64,000 nucleotides of DNA from a virus, in IMG/VR virus record IMGVR_UViG_3300035188_000399, positions 13,546-77,545 of that record; one strand, 5' to 3'. Of this stretch, positions 1 to 10,765 are shown piece after piece. The first letter of the stretch is position 1. Every line of letters starts with the position of its first letter. Both the position numbers and the translations under genes were made by a program. The notes under the pieces are model-generated. The model was not told the origin of the DNA. It worked only from the letters and a program-made list of their open reading frames with translations, and ran no database searches.

Positions 1-3000
1 TATTTCTAATTTCATCAAATCTGGCTTTTTCGGATGTATATTTAATTGTTGCTTCTTGCGCAGCTTGTGCAGATGTAGCTTGAAATTTAGATAAACTAAC
101 ATTAGAAACTTTTTGCTCACTTGGTTCAGTAGGCTTACGTCCTTCCATTGCTACAGCTTTGCCAGCTTTGATGCCAGCTCTGCCCTCATAGATTGCCATG
201 AACTCTTCTTGCTTATCGTAACCTCTTCCTAGTTTAGCACCGGTCTGACCAGCAGCATATGCTCTGAATGCATCAGGAATATTCTTAAACATTTGAAGGT
301 TAAGATACAAGTATTTAGCTATGCCTCTTAAAGAGTCTGCTTCATTAGTTTTATCAACACCTAAGAATTTTGCAGTAGCATTATTTATTTGTCCTAATCC
401 AAAAGAAGTATCTATTACGCCTGGCTTGACTTTTGCAGGTATATTGTACCCTTGAGATTCATGTTGTACAACTGTTTTGACCATTTCTGCGGTTACGCCA
501 GGAAATTCCTTAATCGCATCATTAATCAAATCACTCCATTTTTCTACATTAGCTTCAAATACAGGTTTTGCTGCAGGAGATTTAATAGTAGAATGAATCT
601 TATCCATTGCACTATCAAGCCATGAAGAAGTTCTTGGGCCTGTAGAAGGTTTAGCTTCAGGCATATATGGCGATAATACACTTGGTGTTTCTTTAGCAGG
701 CACTTCTAAACTCTTTGTTGCCATAGATCCTGCCAGCTCATCAACTTTAATGCCTAAATTATCTAGGCTAGTTGTTAATGTCTTAGTGGCGTCAATGCTA
801 TTTTCTAAGGGGGTTTGAAGCATTTTGTTTAAATCAGAACCTTTACTTAGAAAATCATCTGTAAGCTTTTTAAGAATTTCAGCAGAGTTTGTTTTATCAA
901 ATCTGTTTAAAATTTCTTTTTGTGCATCAGAAAGTCCTGACATACCAGCAATACGATTTAGCATTGAAAGATTAGAAGCTTCACTTGCTAATCCTTTTCC
1001 TTGATCAGACATTGCAGAGAGTCTATATGCACTAATATTTAATTCTGGCAATCCTGCTTTTATTTTAGCTAATGATGCATCAATACCATCAGTAAATGAC
1101 TCTTCTACGCTATTTGCAAGATCTTTGAAAAATGTAATAAATGTTCCAGCTCTTTCAATTTCTTTTAATTTGCCAAATAGATTTTTAGCCTTGTCACTAA
1201 ATTCATCACCACTCTGGGATAACGCATCTTCTAGTTCAATTTTGAATTTTTGAGCTGCACCAATTAAACCTCTAACAATGCCATTAGGCAATTTAGCTAA
1301 ATCTCTGTCTGTTATATCAGTTTTGAATATATCTCTAACATTGCTTGTTTTAGAAGTAATATCATCAAAAGTAGATTTAAATCTTTCTAAATTCTTTTCA
1401 GCAGAATTTAATTCATTTTTCCATTGTACAAATAATTCAGGATCTTTTGTAGATGAAATCTTTTCTTTCAAAGATTCAATCGCAGCATTCATACCAAATA
1501 AAGTCATTAGACTATCTTGATTAACATACTTACGATTCATTAAGTCTGCAGCTGCTGAAAGCCTTCCACTGGTTAAAGTACCTTTTCTTGCTAAAGAAGA
1601 TTCAACAGCAACTTTGCGGCCTCTATCTTCTTCTGCAACAATTTGTTGATATATCTCACGTTGCTTGTCTGCAGAATTAGGTGTTTTAGCTAAAGCTGTT
1701 AATTGCTCTTTAAGATTTGCAATATGTAAAGCAGATTGTCTTAATATTTCAGCTTGCTCTGGAGAAATTAATTGAATTTCCTTATCAGATATCTCACTAA
1801 TAAATACGCCAAAACTTTCTTTAAGTGGTACTAAATCTACTGATTTTATTGAAGACACTAAATTCTCAGCTCTGCTATTTAGTTCAGCTAATTTCTCACC
1901 ATTATCTTTATAGATTTGTTTTTGAAGATTTATATCAGCTAATTCTATACCAATGCTGTCAATTTTCTCTTTAGTGTATCCTGCGTATTCTGAGGTTACT
2001 CTATTGATAGAATTACTTAAAAGAGCTTCATCTGTCAACAACTTAGCTGTTAATGGATTGGTTTTTGCTTTCTCCATTAACTTTTGCAACTCAGAATATT
2101 TAGTAATTTCTAAATCTAAAGATGTTGTATTTCCCGCCTCTTCAATATCTTTTCTGATTTGAAGAATATTATTATACTCATCCTGTAGTTTCTTATATTG
2201 CGCTGTGCCTTCTAATTGACTCATCAGCCCTGGCTTTTCAGGAATTTCTGGTAATGCAACTTTACCTATTGTAGCTTTAAATTTAGTATCTCTTACGGCA
2301 GCTAAAGGGCCTTCTAAATCAGTTTTAGGTAAATTTTCAAAAGCTTTAGGTAATTGAAAACCTAATTCTTCAGAATATCCTTTAATAGATTCTCTTATTG
2401 ATTTATCAGCACTTGCGTTTTTATCTGCTAATGCTTGACCGTATTGCTTTAAAGATTCTGCTGTAATTTTAAGATTTACTCTTACATCTGTATTATCAGT
2501 TTCTTGAGCTTGTTGATCTAATCTTTTAATAGATGCAGTTAATGAATTAAACTTACCTGCTAATTCATCTGTCATTATAAAAGAATTTGAATCTATTTTA
2601 ATACCTATCGCTTTAGCATCTGAAATAGTCTTATTAAATTTCTGCTGAGATTTAGCAGCGTCTTCCATTTGCCAAATATATTTATTACGAGCTATTACTA
2701 AATTATTCAACTCTGCTATAAGCGGTTTTATAGCTTCTGAATTTTTATAGATATTTTCATCTAAATATTTTTGACTTTTAATCTCAGGATTAGCAAAAGG
2801 TAAAGCTTCTTTTACACTGCTTATTAAAGCTGGTGTTGCTTTATTTAATGTTGTTAATGCATTTCTAATAGATTCGTCAAATGGAGCTGTAATGGCCGAT
2901 GTATTTCTTTCAAAAGATTTATTAATATCATCTAATACCATCGTCAAACTAGTATCATTTAACTTTACATCAATTTGATACAGGTCTGCTTCAGGTAATT

Positions 3001-6000
3001 TATTACTTCCAATTTTAGATGCAATTTCTTGATTAGCAACTTTAGAATTAAACCCATAAACAGCTTTCTGCTCATTAGTTAATTCACCAATTTTCAAACT
3101 TTCTTTAAGTTTAGGAATTCCTTTTTGTATATCAAACTTAGATTCAGCTACAGCTCTTTGCGCCCATATTTCAACAGCTCTATTTCGAGCTTGAAGATCT
3201 TCAATGCTTTTATCTATTTCGTCACGACTACCTTCAATACTTGTTTTACGGAAATCGTCAATACTGTCAGCAAATTTAGATACTGCACCGTCTAAGCCTT
3301 CTCTTACTTTTGGAGTCAATAGCTCACGATTTACTTGAGAAAGATCATAGCTAATAGATACACCTGCAGTTGCAAGTAAGCCTTTTTGTTGCTTAGACAA
3401 CCCTGATGTAATATCCATTGGCTCATATTTGAAACCTAAAATTTCTTTAAGTTTTACAATCACATCACTAAGATTTTCTGACCAGCTTTTAGACGTATTG
3501 ACAAATCCTTCAAATATAGCAAAAGCCAGTGTAATGCCAGCTATTAATAGTCCGATAAATCCTTTCTTTAAAGGACTCATTGCAGATTCAATAATTGCTG
3601 TAGATAATGATTTTCCTAACTTCCAACCTATAATTGCACCAATTAAGTTGCCTATTCCTTCTAATTCTGGACGATGTAACATTACATTGGCGATATACTC
3701 TCCTGCAAAACCACCTGCAAGACTTGCTGCTATACGTGTAATACCGCCCATTGCTGTACCTAGTAGCGATACTGGCAATGTTAAAATTGAAGTAAACTGC
3801 GCATTAATAATAGAACGAAAACTTAATAACATTACACCTAAATACGCCAACAGTTGTGTAGTCTTATTTGATATAGCTTCAATAAATGCATCTACAAAAC
3901 CATATCCAGCTTGTTCTCCGGCTTTTGAATAATAGTTTATAAATGTCTCATAACCTATAAATGCAAATGAAATAACAAAGAACGCTTTTGTACTTGCAAA
4001 TGTTGCAAATAATGTTTTTACAGTATCAACGGTTGCTTTAAGTCTTGCTACGAAAGGTGCAAAATCCATGGTAAAAAGCGCTTTAATTAAATCAAAGAAC
4101 GCGAATGCTGTTGCCTCAACTAGAGTATAAGTTAATTTTACAGTTTCCCATATAACTTTTCTAAATTTTATCGTTACAAATAAAAGAGCTCTTCCAACAG
4201 CAGCTAGTAGATTGTATACAACATCCCATCCGATAGCGGAAAGTAATGAAAATGAAACACCACTTGCAACAACAGCATCTCCAATTTCTTGAGTGTATTG
4301 CTGTAATTTTGCTTGAAGCTGTGTCATACTCGAAGACATGTAATCAGAGAAGTCACTAAAAGCGGCTATAGCTATTCCGATAGCGACTGACCACACAATT
4401 ATAATACCTTCAACACCTACAATTGCCGCTCTAAACAATAATGCATTTTTTATAAAGTTTAAAATTTGAAGATTTATTGCTTCGACTCCCACTGCGGCAG
4501 AAAGTTTGTTTGCAAAATGCACAGCGGCTTTTATCATAAGTAATATAGCTGATAACATTCCTACAAGCATAGCTGTATTACCAAAAGTAGATAATGCTTT
4601 GGCTAATTCAACAAATGGCGCACCAATATCGTGTCTTAACTGTCTAAATCCTTTCCATAACCCTGTAACAGATTCAGTAAATGCATCAAAATATGATATA
4701 TCCCCTTTGACAGCACCACTTAAATTGTCTAATACAATATTTAATGGTATCAATTCTTTGACAATTGATTGTCCTGCATCTGCCATTGCATCTGCTGTAG
4801 GATTAATTGCTTTTTGAGTCTCTAGGTTGTATTTAAATCCGCCTGTACCTGTAAGTTCTTTATTTAAAAAGGTTTGTTCGGGTACAGAAGGTTTATTGAA
4901 ATCACCAGCCTGTACTGCTATTACGAATTTTTCAAATTCAGCTTTACGATCGCCCCAAATTTTTTTCATTGCCTCCATAGTACTGTCAAGGCCTGTTTTA
5001 GGTAACTTAGGCCCCATGAGCATAGAATCTAATTCAGATTGATCAAAGGAACTTGGTGTATTTTTTCTAATTACATTTTCTGTAAAGTTGTCTACACCTT
5101 CACTCCATTTATCTTTTAAAGACTGCCAACCGTCTTTAATCTGATCCCAACGACTTCTAAAATATGTCGCATCAGTCATAGTGGTATCAGCAGATGCTGT
5201 AGCAGTATTAGGATCAAATACAGTTGTAGAAAGATTTTTATTTTCCTGCATATTTGCAACTAATTGCGTATACATATCTTTCTTTGGAAGATCTGCTTGA
5301 GCTACATCAACTTTTGTTTCTGGCAGTTTATTCAATTCTTTTAAATTAGCAATCAGATACCCAAGCGCAGTAGTAACAGCAAGAATTGCGCCTACACGCA
5401 TAAATTTAGCAAAATCAAAAACTTTAATAAATGCAAATGCAATATCTTTAATAAATAATAAAAGAATTCCAAGATTACTCATTAATTCTTCAATAAATAT
5501 TAATGATTTGCTAAACATCTTTTCTAAGAATGGCGCACCAGGATTTAATGGCGGTATTACCAAACTGAAAAGCAGCGTTGCTAATCTTACACTATATGGT
5601 GCAATAGCAATAGCTAATTCATTTATCATCGGAAATAGGACACCTTTCGTTATATAAGAAAATACTTCTTTTCCGTATATAGCAAAACCGCCTGTAATGA
5701 TTTGAAATATAGTATGTGTTAAGGGACTATCTTTAAACACTACATCAAACGCTCCAAGCATATCAAGAGCAAGCGCAGTCATTCCAAGCATCATTGTTTT
5801 ACGACCAGGGCCGAATAATTCTCTAGAGATAAACGCTAAAGGACTTGCTGCCCATGTTGATGCCGAAGACCCTAAATTTCCAGCAAAGAATCTGCCTACA
5901 CCTGCAGTCAGAGCACTTAATGCAGCAATCTTTTCTGTAAATAAGCCAAGCATGCCAAACAGTGAAAGCACTTTACTTCCAAAAAGCCATGTACCTATTA

Positions 6001-8845
6001 GCCCAAAAGCGGTGTTTAAACCCATTCCCTCTAATAGTGTAAATATACCACTTACAAACCCACCTATTGGAAATAAACCTTCTAAAAGACCTTGTCCAAA
6101 TCCGCCTAAGAATCCAAATACTTGTTTCAATATACTAGGTAATTCTGTAATTAAATAACCTATAGCAGTGCCAATAGCTGTTCCTATTACGCGCCCTATC
6201 TTTACACCAATAGACGCACTAGGCAGACTTTCCCACAATGATTCAATACTTGCCCATGCATGTACAGCAGATAATACTAGTGTATTTTTAATGAATGAGC
6301 CGATTGGTCCATCGGGCATGAATTTTTGAGCTAATAAAGCCGCAAATGTTGCTACAAAAGCTTCAGCAAATTGAGGTGCGGTTTTACCTACTGATTTTTC
6401 AATGGTATCTGATAGCACACTACCTAAAGACTTTATTTCAGAAACAACCGTCTTAAACCCTTCGCTTTCAATTACAATATTTATATTAGCTTGCGCTTCA
6501 CTTATCCATTGTTTAACTTCACTAAATGCAGATTTTATTTTAGTCTTAAATTCTTCACTATTTAGATAGTCAGGATCTTTAAGCTTATTCCAAACATCAG
6601 CAATAGTATCTCCAAATGCAATTGCTTTTTCTTTTAATTCAAGTAAAAATTGTTTTATATCTTCAAAAGTACTTTTGTATTTATCAACATCAATAACTAC
6701 TGTTGATGTTTTTAATTCTGATATAAATTGTTTTATAGAACTATATAAACCTTTGAAAGTAGCAATAACATTTTTAGCAAATGATATAATTTTCCCTAGA
6801 GGTCCACTTGATAGTTTTTCTGACGAACTATTAATCTCTGAAATTGTATCTGTCCAATATGAATGACCAACAACTTTATCCCATATCAGCCTGAAGTAGC
6901 CTATTACTGTTTCGGAAAAATTACGTATAGTAGCTGCAGCAGATTTTAATGAAGCAGAAATATTTATTTTAAAACCTAATTTGCCGGAAATATTTTCTAT
7001 CTCTGTATTTAAAGCTTTTAAATCTCTGACAATTTGAGTCTTAAGACCATCGAAAATACTTTTATACCATATGCTTATTCCATCCGTTTTAAAACTTTCT
7101 TTTAATTTTGAAGTTACTTTTTCGCCATATGTTTTAAACAAATCAGTATTTGTTGTAAAATCTTTAATAGTTCTATATAATAATTTTAGTCTAGATGAAA
7201 CAAAATTGTAACTAGCATTAAATAAATTGGCATTTAATGAAATATTAATAACGCTGCCAGTATCACCTATTAACTCTATTAATGCCCATAATCCACGCAA
7301 TGGAGGAAATATAGCTGCAACTATCTTTGCAAGAATAGTATTAAACGTATCAAACTTTTCGGAAACAGCTACTACCATTTCTACTAAGTCTTCTCCTAGT
7401 AGCTTACGTAATGCTGTGCCAAGCAGCGTAAGTGGTTTTGTTATAAAATCAAATTCAGAGAATACTAAATTATTACCTAATGTTTTAAACATCTTTATTA
7501 TAGGTTTTAATGTTCTATCTACAATTAAATCTCTTAAAGATGTAAAACCGGGAATTAATCCACTAAGGTTTAATCCATAGCTAGCGATTGCATTGCCTAG
7601 CATTCCCATTAAGTATTGGCCGCCACTTGCAAATGTCTGCCCCATTACATAAAATTTAGTTTTGGATTTCTTGATAAAAGTATTTCCCCAGTCTTCATAT
7701 TCCGAAATTGTCATATTTAACATACTTCCGAATACTTTAGGTAATAGTTTTAGTGAATCAATAGTTCCTGTAAATAAATTACCCTTGTCAAATGCTTTTA
7801 ATAGTTTACCAGTATTTTCTAAATTAGTAAAAACTCTTCTAATTACATTAACAGCAGCATATTCCATTTCATGCCACATATTAATTAAAAATTTTTCAAT
7901 ACCTGACGCAGCTAAAATAGTCTTTACTAGGGCCATTGCTTTATTAAAAGCAAATATAAATGGATAAAAAGCATTAGATAATCTTGGAGACCATTCTCTC
8001 CAAAATATATTCATATTTAATGACATTAATTTAATATCATCAGCTAAGGCTGATGCGCTTTGACCGGCTTTAAAGAATAGATTTCCCAGTCCTGAAGATA
8101 TACCAAAACTTTTTGAAATTTCATTAAATAATATTGAGAAAGATTCTCTTGCTTTATCAATCCCGCTGCCTAAAGTTGCTCCAGTTAATTTAAATTTTTT
8201 CTCAATTGCTGTAGATTGTGTGAGTAAAGCATTAAACACTACTTCTGAAGTTATGCGGCCTTGGTTAGCCATTTCACGTAATGCGCCTACTGAAATATTT
8301 AAAGAGTCAGCAATCATTTGCGCAACAGGTAAAGCTTGTTCCATTATAGAATTAAATTCTTCACCGCGTAAAACACCTGAACCTAGTGCTTGCCCCAATT
8401 GCATCATTGCAGCTTTAAATCCTTCAGTAGAACCTCCTGCAACCATACCGGCCATTTGCAATGACTTAGCGGCTTTTGAAATTGATTCAGATGAAGCATT
8501 TAATGATGAACTTGCAATACCCAGTTTAGCAAAAATCTGAGCAGTACTTTCAAAAGTAGAACGTGTCTCATTGGCAATTTTCTGTACTTCAATATATGCG
8601 GCACCAAACTCTTTAGTAGCTCCTGTGACTAATCTTATATTATTTTCAATAGATGTAAAAGTAGAATCAATTTGTGTTAATGCAACAATTGTTCCACCTA
8701 CTGATAAAGCACCTGCTAACTTAGAAAATCCTGAAGTTACACTTGATACACTTTTACTAATACTGCTTACAGAATTATTTAAATGCTCTAAATCTCTTTG
8801 GGCCTTGTCGACCCTTGCTTCGACATCAATTACAATGCCTGACAT
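1..8845 (-). CDS. Tape measure protein (>2900 aa, runs off the window edge) with a lytic transglycosylase (SLT) domain
   Basis: Not in the ORF track, presumably because no stop falls inside the window. ATG at 8845 follows the SD TAAGGAG. The N-terminus MSGIVIDVEAR...MMQLGQALGSGVLRGEEFNSIMEQ is a tape-measure domain. The same frame is open at the left edge and reads VQHESQG...FGLGQINNATA...RAYAAG (SLT motifs, ~200-550). It follows the tail chaperones. Confidence 0.92.
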   Translation of the reverse strand, partial: MSGIVIDVEARVDKAQRDLEHLNNSVSSISKSVSSVTSGFSKLAGALSVGGTIVALTQIDSTFTSIENNIRLVTGATKEFGAAYIEVQKIANETRSTFESTAQIFAKLGIASSSLNASSESISKAAKSLQMAGMVAGGSTEGFKAAMMQLGQALGSGVLRGEEFNSIMEQALPVAQMIADSLNISVGALREMANQGRITSEVVFNALLTQSTAIEKKFKLTGATLGSGIDKARESFSILFNEISKSFGISSGLGNLFFKAGQSASALADDIKLMSLNMNIFWREWSPRLSNAFYPFIFAFNKAMALVKTILAASGIEKFLINMWHEMEYAAVNVIRRVFTNLENTGKLLKAFDKGNLFTGTIDSLKLLPKVFGSMLNMTISEYEDWGNTFIKKSKTKFYVMGQTFASGGQYLMGMLGNAIASYGLNLSGLIPGFTSLRDLIVDRTLKPIIKMFKTLGNNLVFSEFDFITKPLTLLGTALRKLLGEDLVEMVVAVSEKFDTFNTILAKIVAAIFPPLRGLWALIELIGDTGSVINISLNANLFNASYNFVSSRLKLLYRTIKDFTTNTDLFKTYGEKVTSKLKESFKTDGISIWYKSIFDGLKTQIVRDLKALNTEIENISGKLGFKINISASLKSAAATIRNFSETVIGYFRLIWDKVVGHSYWTDTISEINSSSEKLSSGPLGKIISFAKNVIATFKGLYSSIKQFISELKTSTVVIDVDKYKSTFEDIKQFLLELKEKAIAFGDTIADVWNKLKDPDYLNSEEFKTKIKSAFSEVKQWISEAQANINIVIESEGFKTVVSEIKSLGSVLSDTIEKSVGKTAPQFAEAFVATFAALLAQKFMPDGPIGSFIKNTLVLSAVHAWASIESLWESLPSASIGVKIGRVIGTAIGTAIGYLITELPSILKQVFGFLGGFGQGLLEGLFPIGGFVSGIFTLLEGMGLNTAFGLIGTWLFGSKVLSLFGMLGLFTEKIAALSALTAGVGRFFAGNLGSSASTWAASPLAFISRELFGPGRKTMMLGMTALALDMLGAFDVVFKDSPLTHTIFQIITGGFAIYGKEVFSYITKGVLFPMINELAIAIAPYSVRLATLLFSLVIPPLNPGAPFLEKMFSKSLIFIEELMSNLGILLLFIKDIAFAFIKVFDFAKFMRVGAILAVTTALGYLIANLKELNKLPETKVDVAQADLPKKDMYTQLVANMQENKNLSTTVFDPNTATASADTTMTDATYFRSRWDQIKDGWQSLKDKWSEGVDNFTENVIRKNTPSSFDQSELDSMLMGPKLPKTGLDSTMEAMKKIWGDRKAEFEKFVIAVQAGDFNKPSVPEQTFLNKELTGTGGFKYNLETQKAINPTADAMADAGQSIVKELIPLNIVLDNLSGAVKGDISYFDAFTESVTGLWKGFRQLRHDIGAPFVELAKALSTFGNTAMLVGMLSAILLMIKAAVHFANKLSAAVGVEAINLQILNFIKNALLFRAAIVGVEGIIIVWSVAIGIAIAAFSDFSDYMSSSMTQLQAKLQQYTQEIGDAVVASGVSFSLLSAIGWDVVYNLLAAVGRALLFVTIKFRKVIWETVKLTYTLVEATAFAFFDLIKALFTMDFAPFVARLKATVDTVKTLFATFASTKAFFVISFAFIGYETFINYYSKAGEQAGYGFVDAFIEAISNKTTQLLAYLGVMLLSFRSIINAQFTSILTLPVSLLGTAMGGITRIAASLAGGFAGEYIANVMLHRPELEGIGNLIGAIIGWKLGKSLSTAIIESAMSPLKKGFIGLLIAGITLAFAIFEGFVNTSKSWSENLSDVIVKLKEILGFKYEPMDITSGLSKQQKGLLATAGVSISYDLSQVNRELLTPKVREGLDGAVSKFADSIDDFRKTSIEGSRDEIDKSIEDLQARNRAVEIWAQRAVAESKFDIQKGIPKLKESLKIGELTNEQKAVYGFNSKVANQEIASKIGSNKLPEADLYQIDVKLNDTSLTMVLDDINKSFERNTSAITAPFDESIRNALTTLNKATPALISSVKEALPFANPEIKSQKYLDENIYKNSEAIKPLIAELNNLVIARNKYIWQMEDAAKSQQKFNKTISDAKAIGIKIDSNSFIMTDELAGKFNSLTASIKRLDQQAQETDNTDVRVNLKITAESLKQYGQALADKNASADKSIRESIKGYSEELGFQLPKAFENLPKTDLEGPLAAVRDTKFKATIGKVALPEIPEKPGLMSQLEGTAQYKKLQDEYNNILQIRKDIEEAGNTTSLDLEITKYSELQKLMEKAKTNPLTAKLLTDEALLSNSINRVTSEYAGYTKEKIDSIGIELADINLQKQIYKDNGEKLAELNSRAENLVSSIKSVDLVPLKESFGVFISEISDKEIQLISPEQAEILRQSALHIANLKEQLTALAKTPNSADKQREIYQQIVAEEDRGRKVAVESSLARKGTLTSGRLSAAADLMNRKYVNQDSLMTLFGMNAAIESLKEKISSTKDPELFVQWKNELNSAEKNLERFKSTFDDITSKTSNVRDIFKTDITDRDLAKLPNGIVRGLIGAAQKFKIELEDALSQSGDEFSDKAKNLFGKLKEIERAGTFITFFKDLANSVEESFTDGIDASLAKIKAGLPELNISAYRLSAMSDQGKGLASEASNLSMLNRIAGMSGLSDAQKEILNRFDKTNSAEILKKLTDDFLSKGSDLNKMLQTPLENSIDATKTLTTSLDNLGIKVDELAGSMATKSLEVPAKETPSVLSPYMPEAKPSTGPRTSSWLDSAMDKIHSTIKSPAAKPVFEANVEKWSDLINDAIKEFPGVTAEMVKTVVQHESQGYNIPAKVKPGVIDTSFGLGQINNATAKFLGVDKTNEADSLRGIAKYLYLNLQMFKNIPDAFRAYAAGQTGAKLGRGYDKQEEFMAIYEGRAGIKAGKAVAMEGRKPTEPSEQKVSNVSLSKFQATSAQAAQEATIKYTSEKARFDEIRN

Positions 8846-8861
8846 CTTTTATACTCCTTAT

Positions 8862-8897
8862 AAAAAACCCCTTAGGAATCATTAGATTCTTCAGGGG
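8862..8897 (-). terminator. Rho-independent terminator-like hairpin
   Basis: Minus strand CCCCTGAAGAATC-TAAT-GATTCCTAAGGGG followed by TTTTTT. Confidence 0.55.
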
Positions 8898-8906
8898 TGT
8901 GTTGTC

Positions 8907-9203
8907 TTAATTAGCTGATGTTACAATGACACCATTTGCGTCTACTTCTGAGAAGGACAACAAAGTTCTCTCAATAAAATGAGATGGCGCTTGTGTGCTA
9001 GAACCTGCATTTAGTTCATCAATATATTCTACATGATTAACTATACGTCCGTCTTCTATCTTCCATCCGTCTCTGGCATTACCTGTATCTACAGGTGTAG
9101 CATCTTTCAAAGCATCAATTAGTTTATGTAACTCCGCTTCTTTGTTGTTTTCGAATTTCTTTACTAACTCTTTTTTGAAATTCATATTTATTTTTACAGA
9201 CAA
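8907..9203 (-). CDS. HK97 gp10-like tail completion/neck protein
   Basis: TPVDTGNARDGW and VEYIDELNAGSSTQAP motifs. Probable TTG start at 9203 after GGAGG. Confidence 0.7.
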   Translation of the reverse strand: MSVKINMNFKKELVKKFENNKEAELHKLIDALKDATPVDTGNARDGWKIEDGRIVNHVEYIDELNAGSSTQAPSHFIERTLLSFSEVDANGVIVTSAN

Positions 9204-9204
9204 A

Positions 9205-9555
9205 TTATCCTCCAAATAAATTTTCGCCACCAGAGGCGCTTGCAAGTTTTTGAAAGAATCCAGAACGTTTAAAGCTATTAGCATCAAAGTCACCGTCTTT
9301 CTTATTAGATTTTGGATTGTAAATAGCATCTAATGAAGTAAAAAGTTGCCAAGGTTTTTCTTTAACACCTTGCACTTGAATTAATTTAGCTGCTCTATCA
9401 TCTGCTCGCCACTCTATTGGTCTTTGTTCTAAATAACTAAACCAACCTAGCATCTCCTCATAAGTCATTTCTTCATAGATTTGATACACTGGCATTTTGA
9501 GATGAAAAGCTAATTCAAATATCGGTAACTCTTCTGCACTTAAGATGACTTTCCC
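9205..9555 (-). CDS. Tail assembly chaperone, frameshifted extension (gpT-like)
   Basis: The -1 frame is open from the slippery GGGAAAG (9549-9555) through VILSAEELPIFELAFHLK into the listed MPVYQ ORF. Confidence 0.8.
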   Translation of the reverse strand, partial: GKVILSAEELPIFELAFHLKMPVYQIYEEMTYEEMLGWFSYLEQRPIEWRADDRAAKLIQVQGVKEKPWQLFTSLDAIYNPKSNKKDGDFDANSFKRSGFFQKLASASGGENLFGG

Positions 9556-9863
9556 GCGTCTTGACCTTGGCCTAGACCTGAATATTTCATAATTTCATTA
9601 GAGAGTTTTGATAATTCATCCATAGGGAAACTATCGAAATCTGAATCATCAAGATCAGCACCACCATCGACAGCTGAACGAACAACTGATTTGAGTAATT
9701 CTAAACCTGCATTTTCATCTTTCTCAGCGTCTTTGGCTTTGTTTTGAATATCTAAAACTTCTGAAACAGATAGTTTAGAAATCTTAACATCACTGCCTAA
9801 GAATTTAACTGTTTTAGTCATACGTTGACCAACAAGTGCTTTAATACCTTTTGCTTCTGACAT
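9540..9863 (-). CDS. Tail assembly chaperone (gpG-like)
   Basis: Lies between the major tail protein and the tape measure. Ends GCG GGA AAG TCA TCT TAA. Confidence 0.8.
   Translation of the reverse strand: MSEAKGIKALVGQRMTKTVKFLGSDVKISKLSVSEVLDIQNKAKDAEKDENAGLELLKSVVRSAVDGGADLDDSDFDSFPMDELSKLSNEIMKYSGLGQGQDAGKSS
9549..9555 (-). promoter_or_regulatory. Programmed -1 ribosomal frameshift site GGGAAAG
   Basis: Identical to the lambda G/GT slippery heptamer. It joins the two chaperone ORFs in frame. Confidence 0.85.
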
Positions 9864-9864
9864 G

Positions 9865-10080
9865 TTACTTACCTTGATTAATTTTGCGTTCATCTAGTTG
9901 TGCTCGCATTTGATGTAAAATTGAGAGTGTTTCGAAAGCTTCAGTTTTCTTATCTGGAGTTAGCGAATCATCTTTCGTTCTTTCGAATGTTTTATTAATA
10001 CTAATATCAATACTTTTAAGCATGTGTTTGACAGTGATGCCAACGACATACTCTAAGCTGAATGGTTTATCTTGAGCCAT
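9865..10080 (-). CDS. Hypothetical protein in tail module
   Basis: 71-aa ORF with SD, packed tightly between neighbours. Confidence 0.6.
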   Translation of the reverse strand: MAQDKPFSLEYVVGITVKHMLKSIDISINKTFERTKDDSLTPDKKTEAFETLSILHQMRAQLDERKINQGK

Positions 10081-10093
10081 ATAGGTTCCTAAT

Positions 10094-10123
10094 AGAAAAG
10101 TGGAGGGTACCGAAATACCCTCC
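10094..10123 (-). terminator. Terminator after major tail protein (UUCG loop)
   Basis: GGAGGGTAT-TTCG-GTACCCTCC then ACTTTTCT. Confidence 0.7.
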
Positions 10124-10134
10124 TTAAATAATGC

Positions 10135-10749
10135 TTAAGGCCCTACGGTCCAAGCACCTTTAATATCTGATTGAACAGTAATTGTTAATTTTGCAGTCAT
10201 TGCATCTGTCAAGCTTGGTGTTACTTCTAATGCTTCAAATTTACCTAAGAAGTAATAAGAAGAGTTTTTAACAGAACCAATACCGTTTGCAACAGCTTTG
10301 TGGTTTGAAGGCTCAGCATCCATTAAAGTGAATCTGAACAATCTTAAAATACCATCACCAATTTTAGGTGCAGTTGCAGTTGGGTTGGTAACACTAGCAG
10401 TACCACCTAAATAGCTGTCTGCCCATAAGTCTGGGATATAGTTAAGTGTGATTTCCATTGTTGGAGAATCAGCTTGACCTTGAATTTGTTTAGATGTTTT
10501 AGAACCGTATTCAGGAACTTTAACAACGTTAGCAGGAAGACCAATTGCAGGGAATTCTTTAATGTGCGTAATACGCATAAATTCGTTAGCATCGCCTGTA
10601 GCTGCAGCATCAAAATAAGATGTTACGGTAGAAGCGCTTGTAAAGGCTGCAAAAGTGTTTTCTACATCAGAAGTTTTAGCGCCAAGTGATGTTAAGCTGA
10701 CAGATAAGTCAGTGAAACGAGCTGCGCCAAGTGTATCAATATGTGCCAT
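10135..10749 (-). CDS. Major tail (tube) protein
   Basis: EFPAIG..ANVVKVPEYG...QIQGQADSPTMEITLNY tail-tube-like sequence, position in the module, and a downstream terminator. Confidence 0.8.
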   Translation of the reverse strand: MAHIDTLGAARFTDLSVSLTSLGAKTSDVENTFAAFTSASTVTSYFDAAATGDANEFMRITHIKEFPAIGLPANVVKVPEYGSKTSKQIQGQADSPTMEITLNYIPDLWADSYLGGTASVTNPTATAPKIGDGILRLFRFTLMDAEPSNHKAVANGIGSVKNSSYYFLGKFEALEVTPSLTDAMTAKLTITVQSDIKGAWTVGP

Positions 10750-10765
10750 TTTAATTCCTTTAAAT

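Noticed and set aside
1278-8885. Many plus-strand ORFs in the ORF track, here and throughout the window
   Set aside because: They are antisense shadows of long minus-strand genes, with no SD or recognisable motifs.
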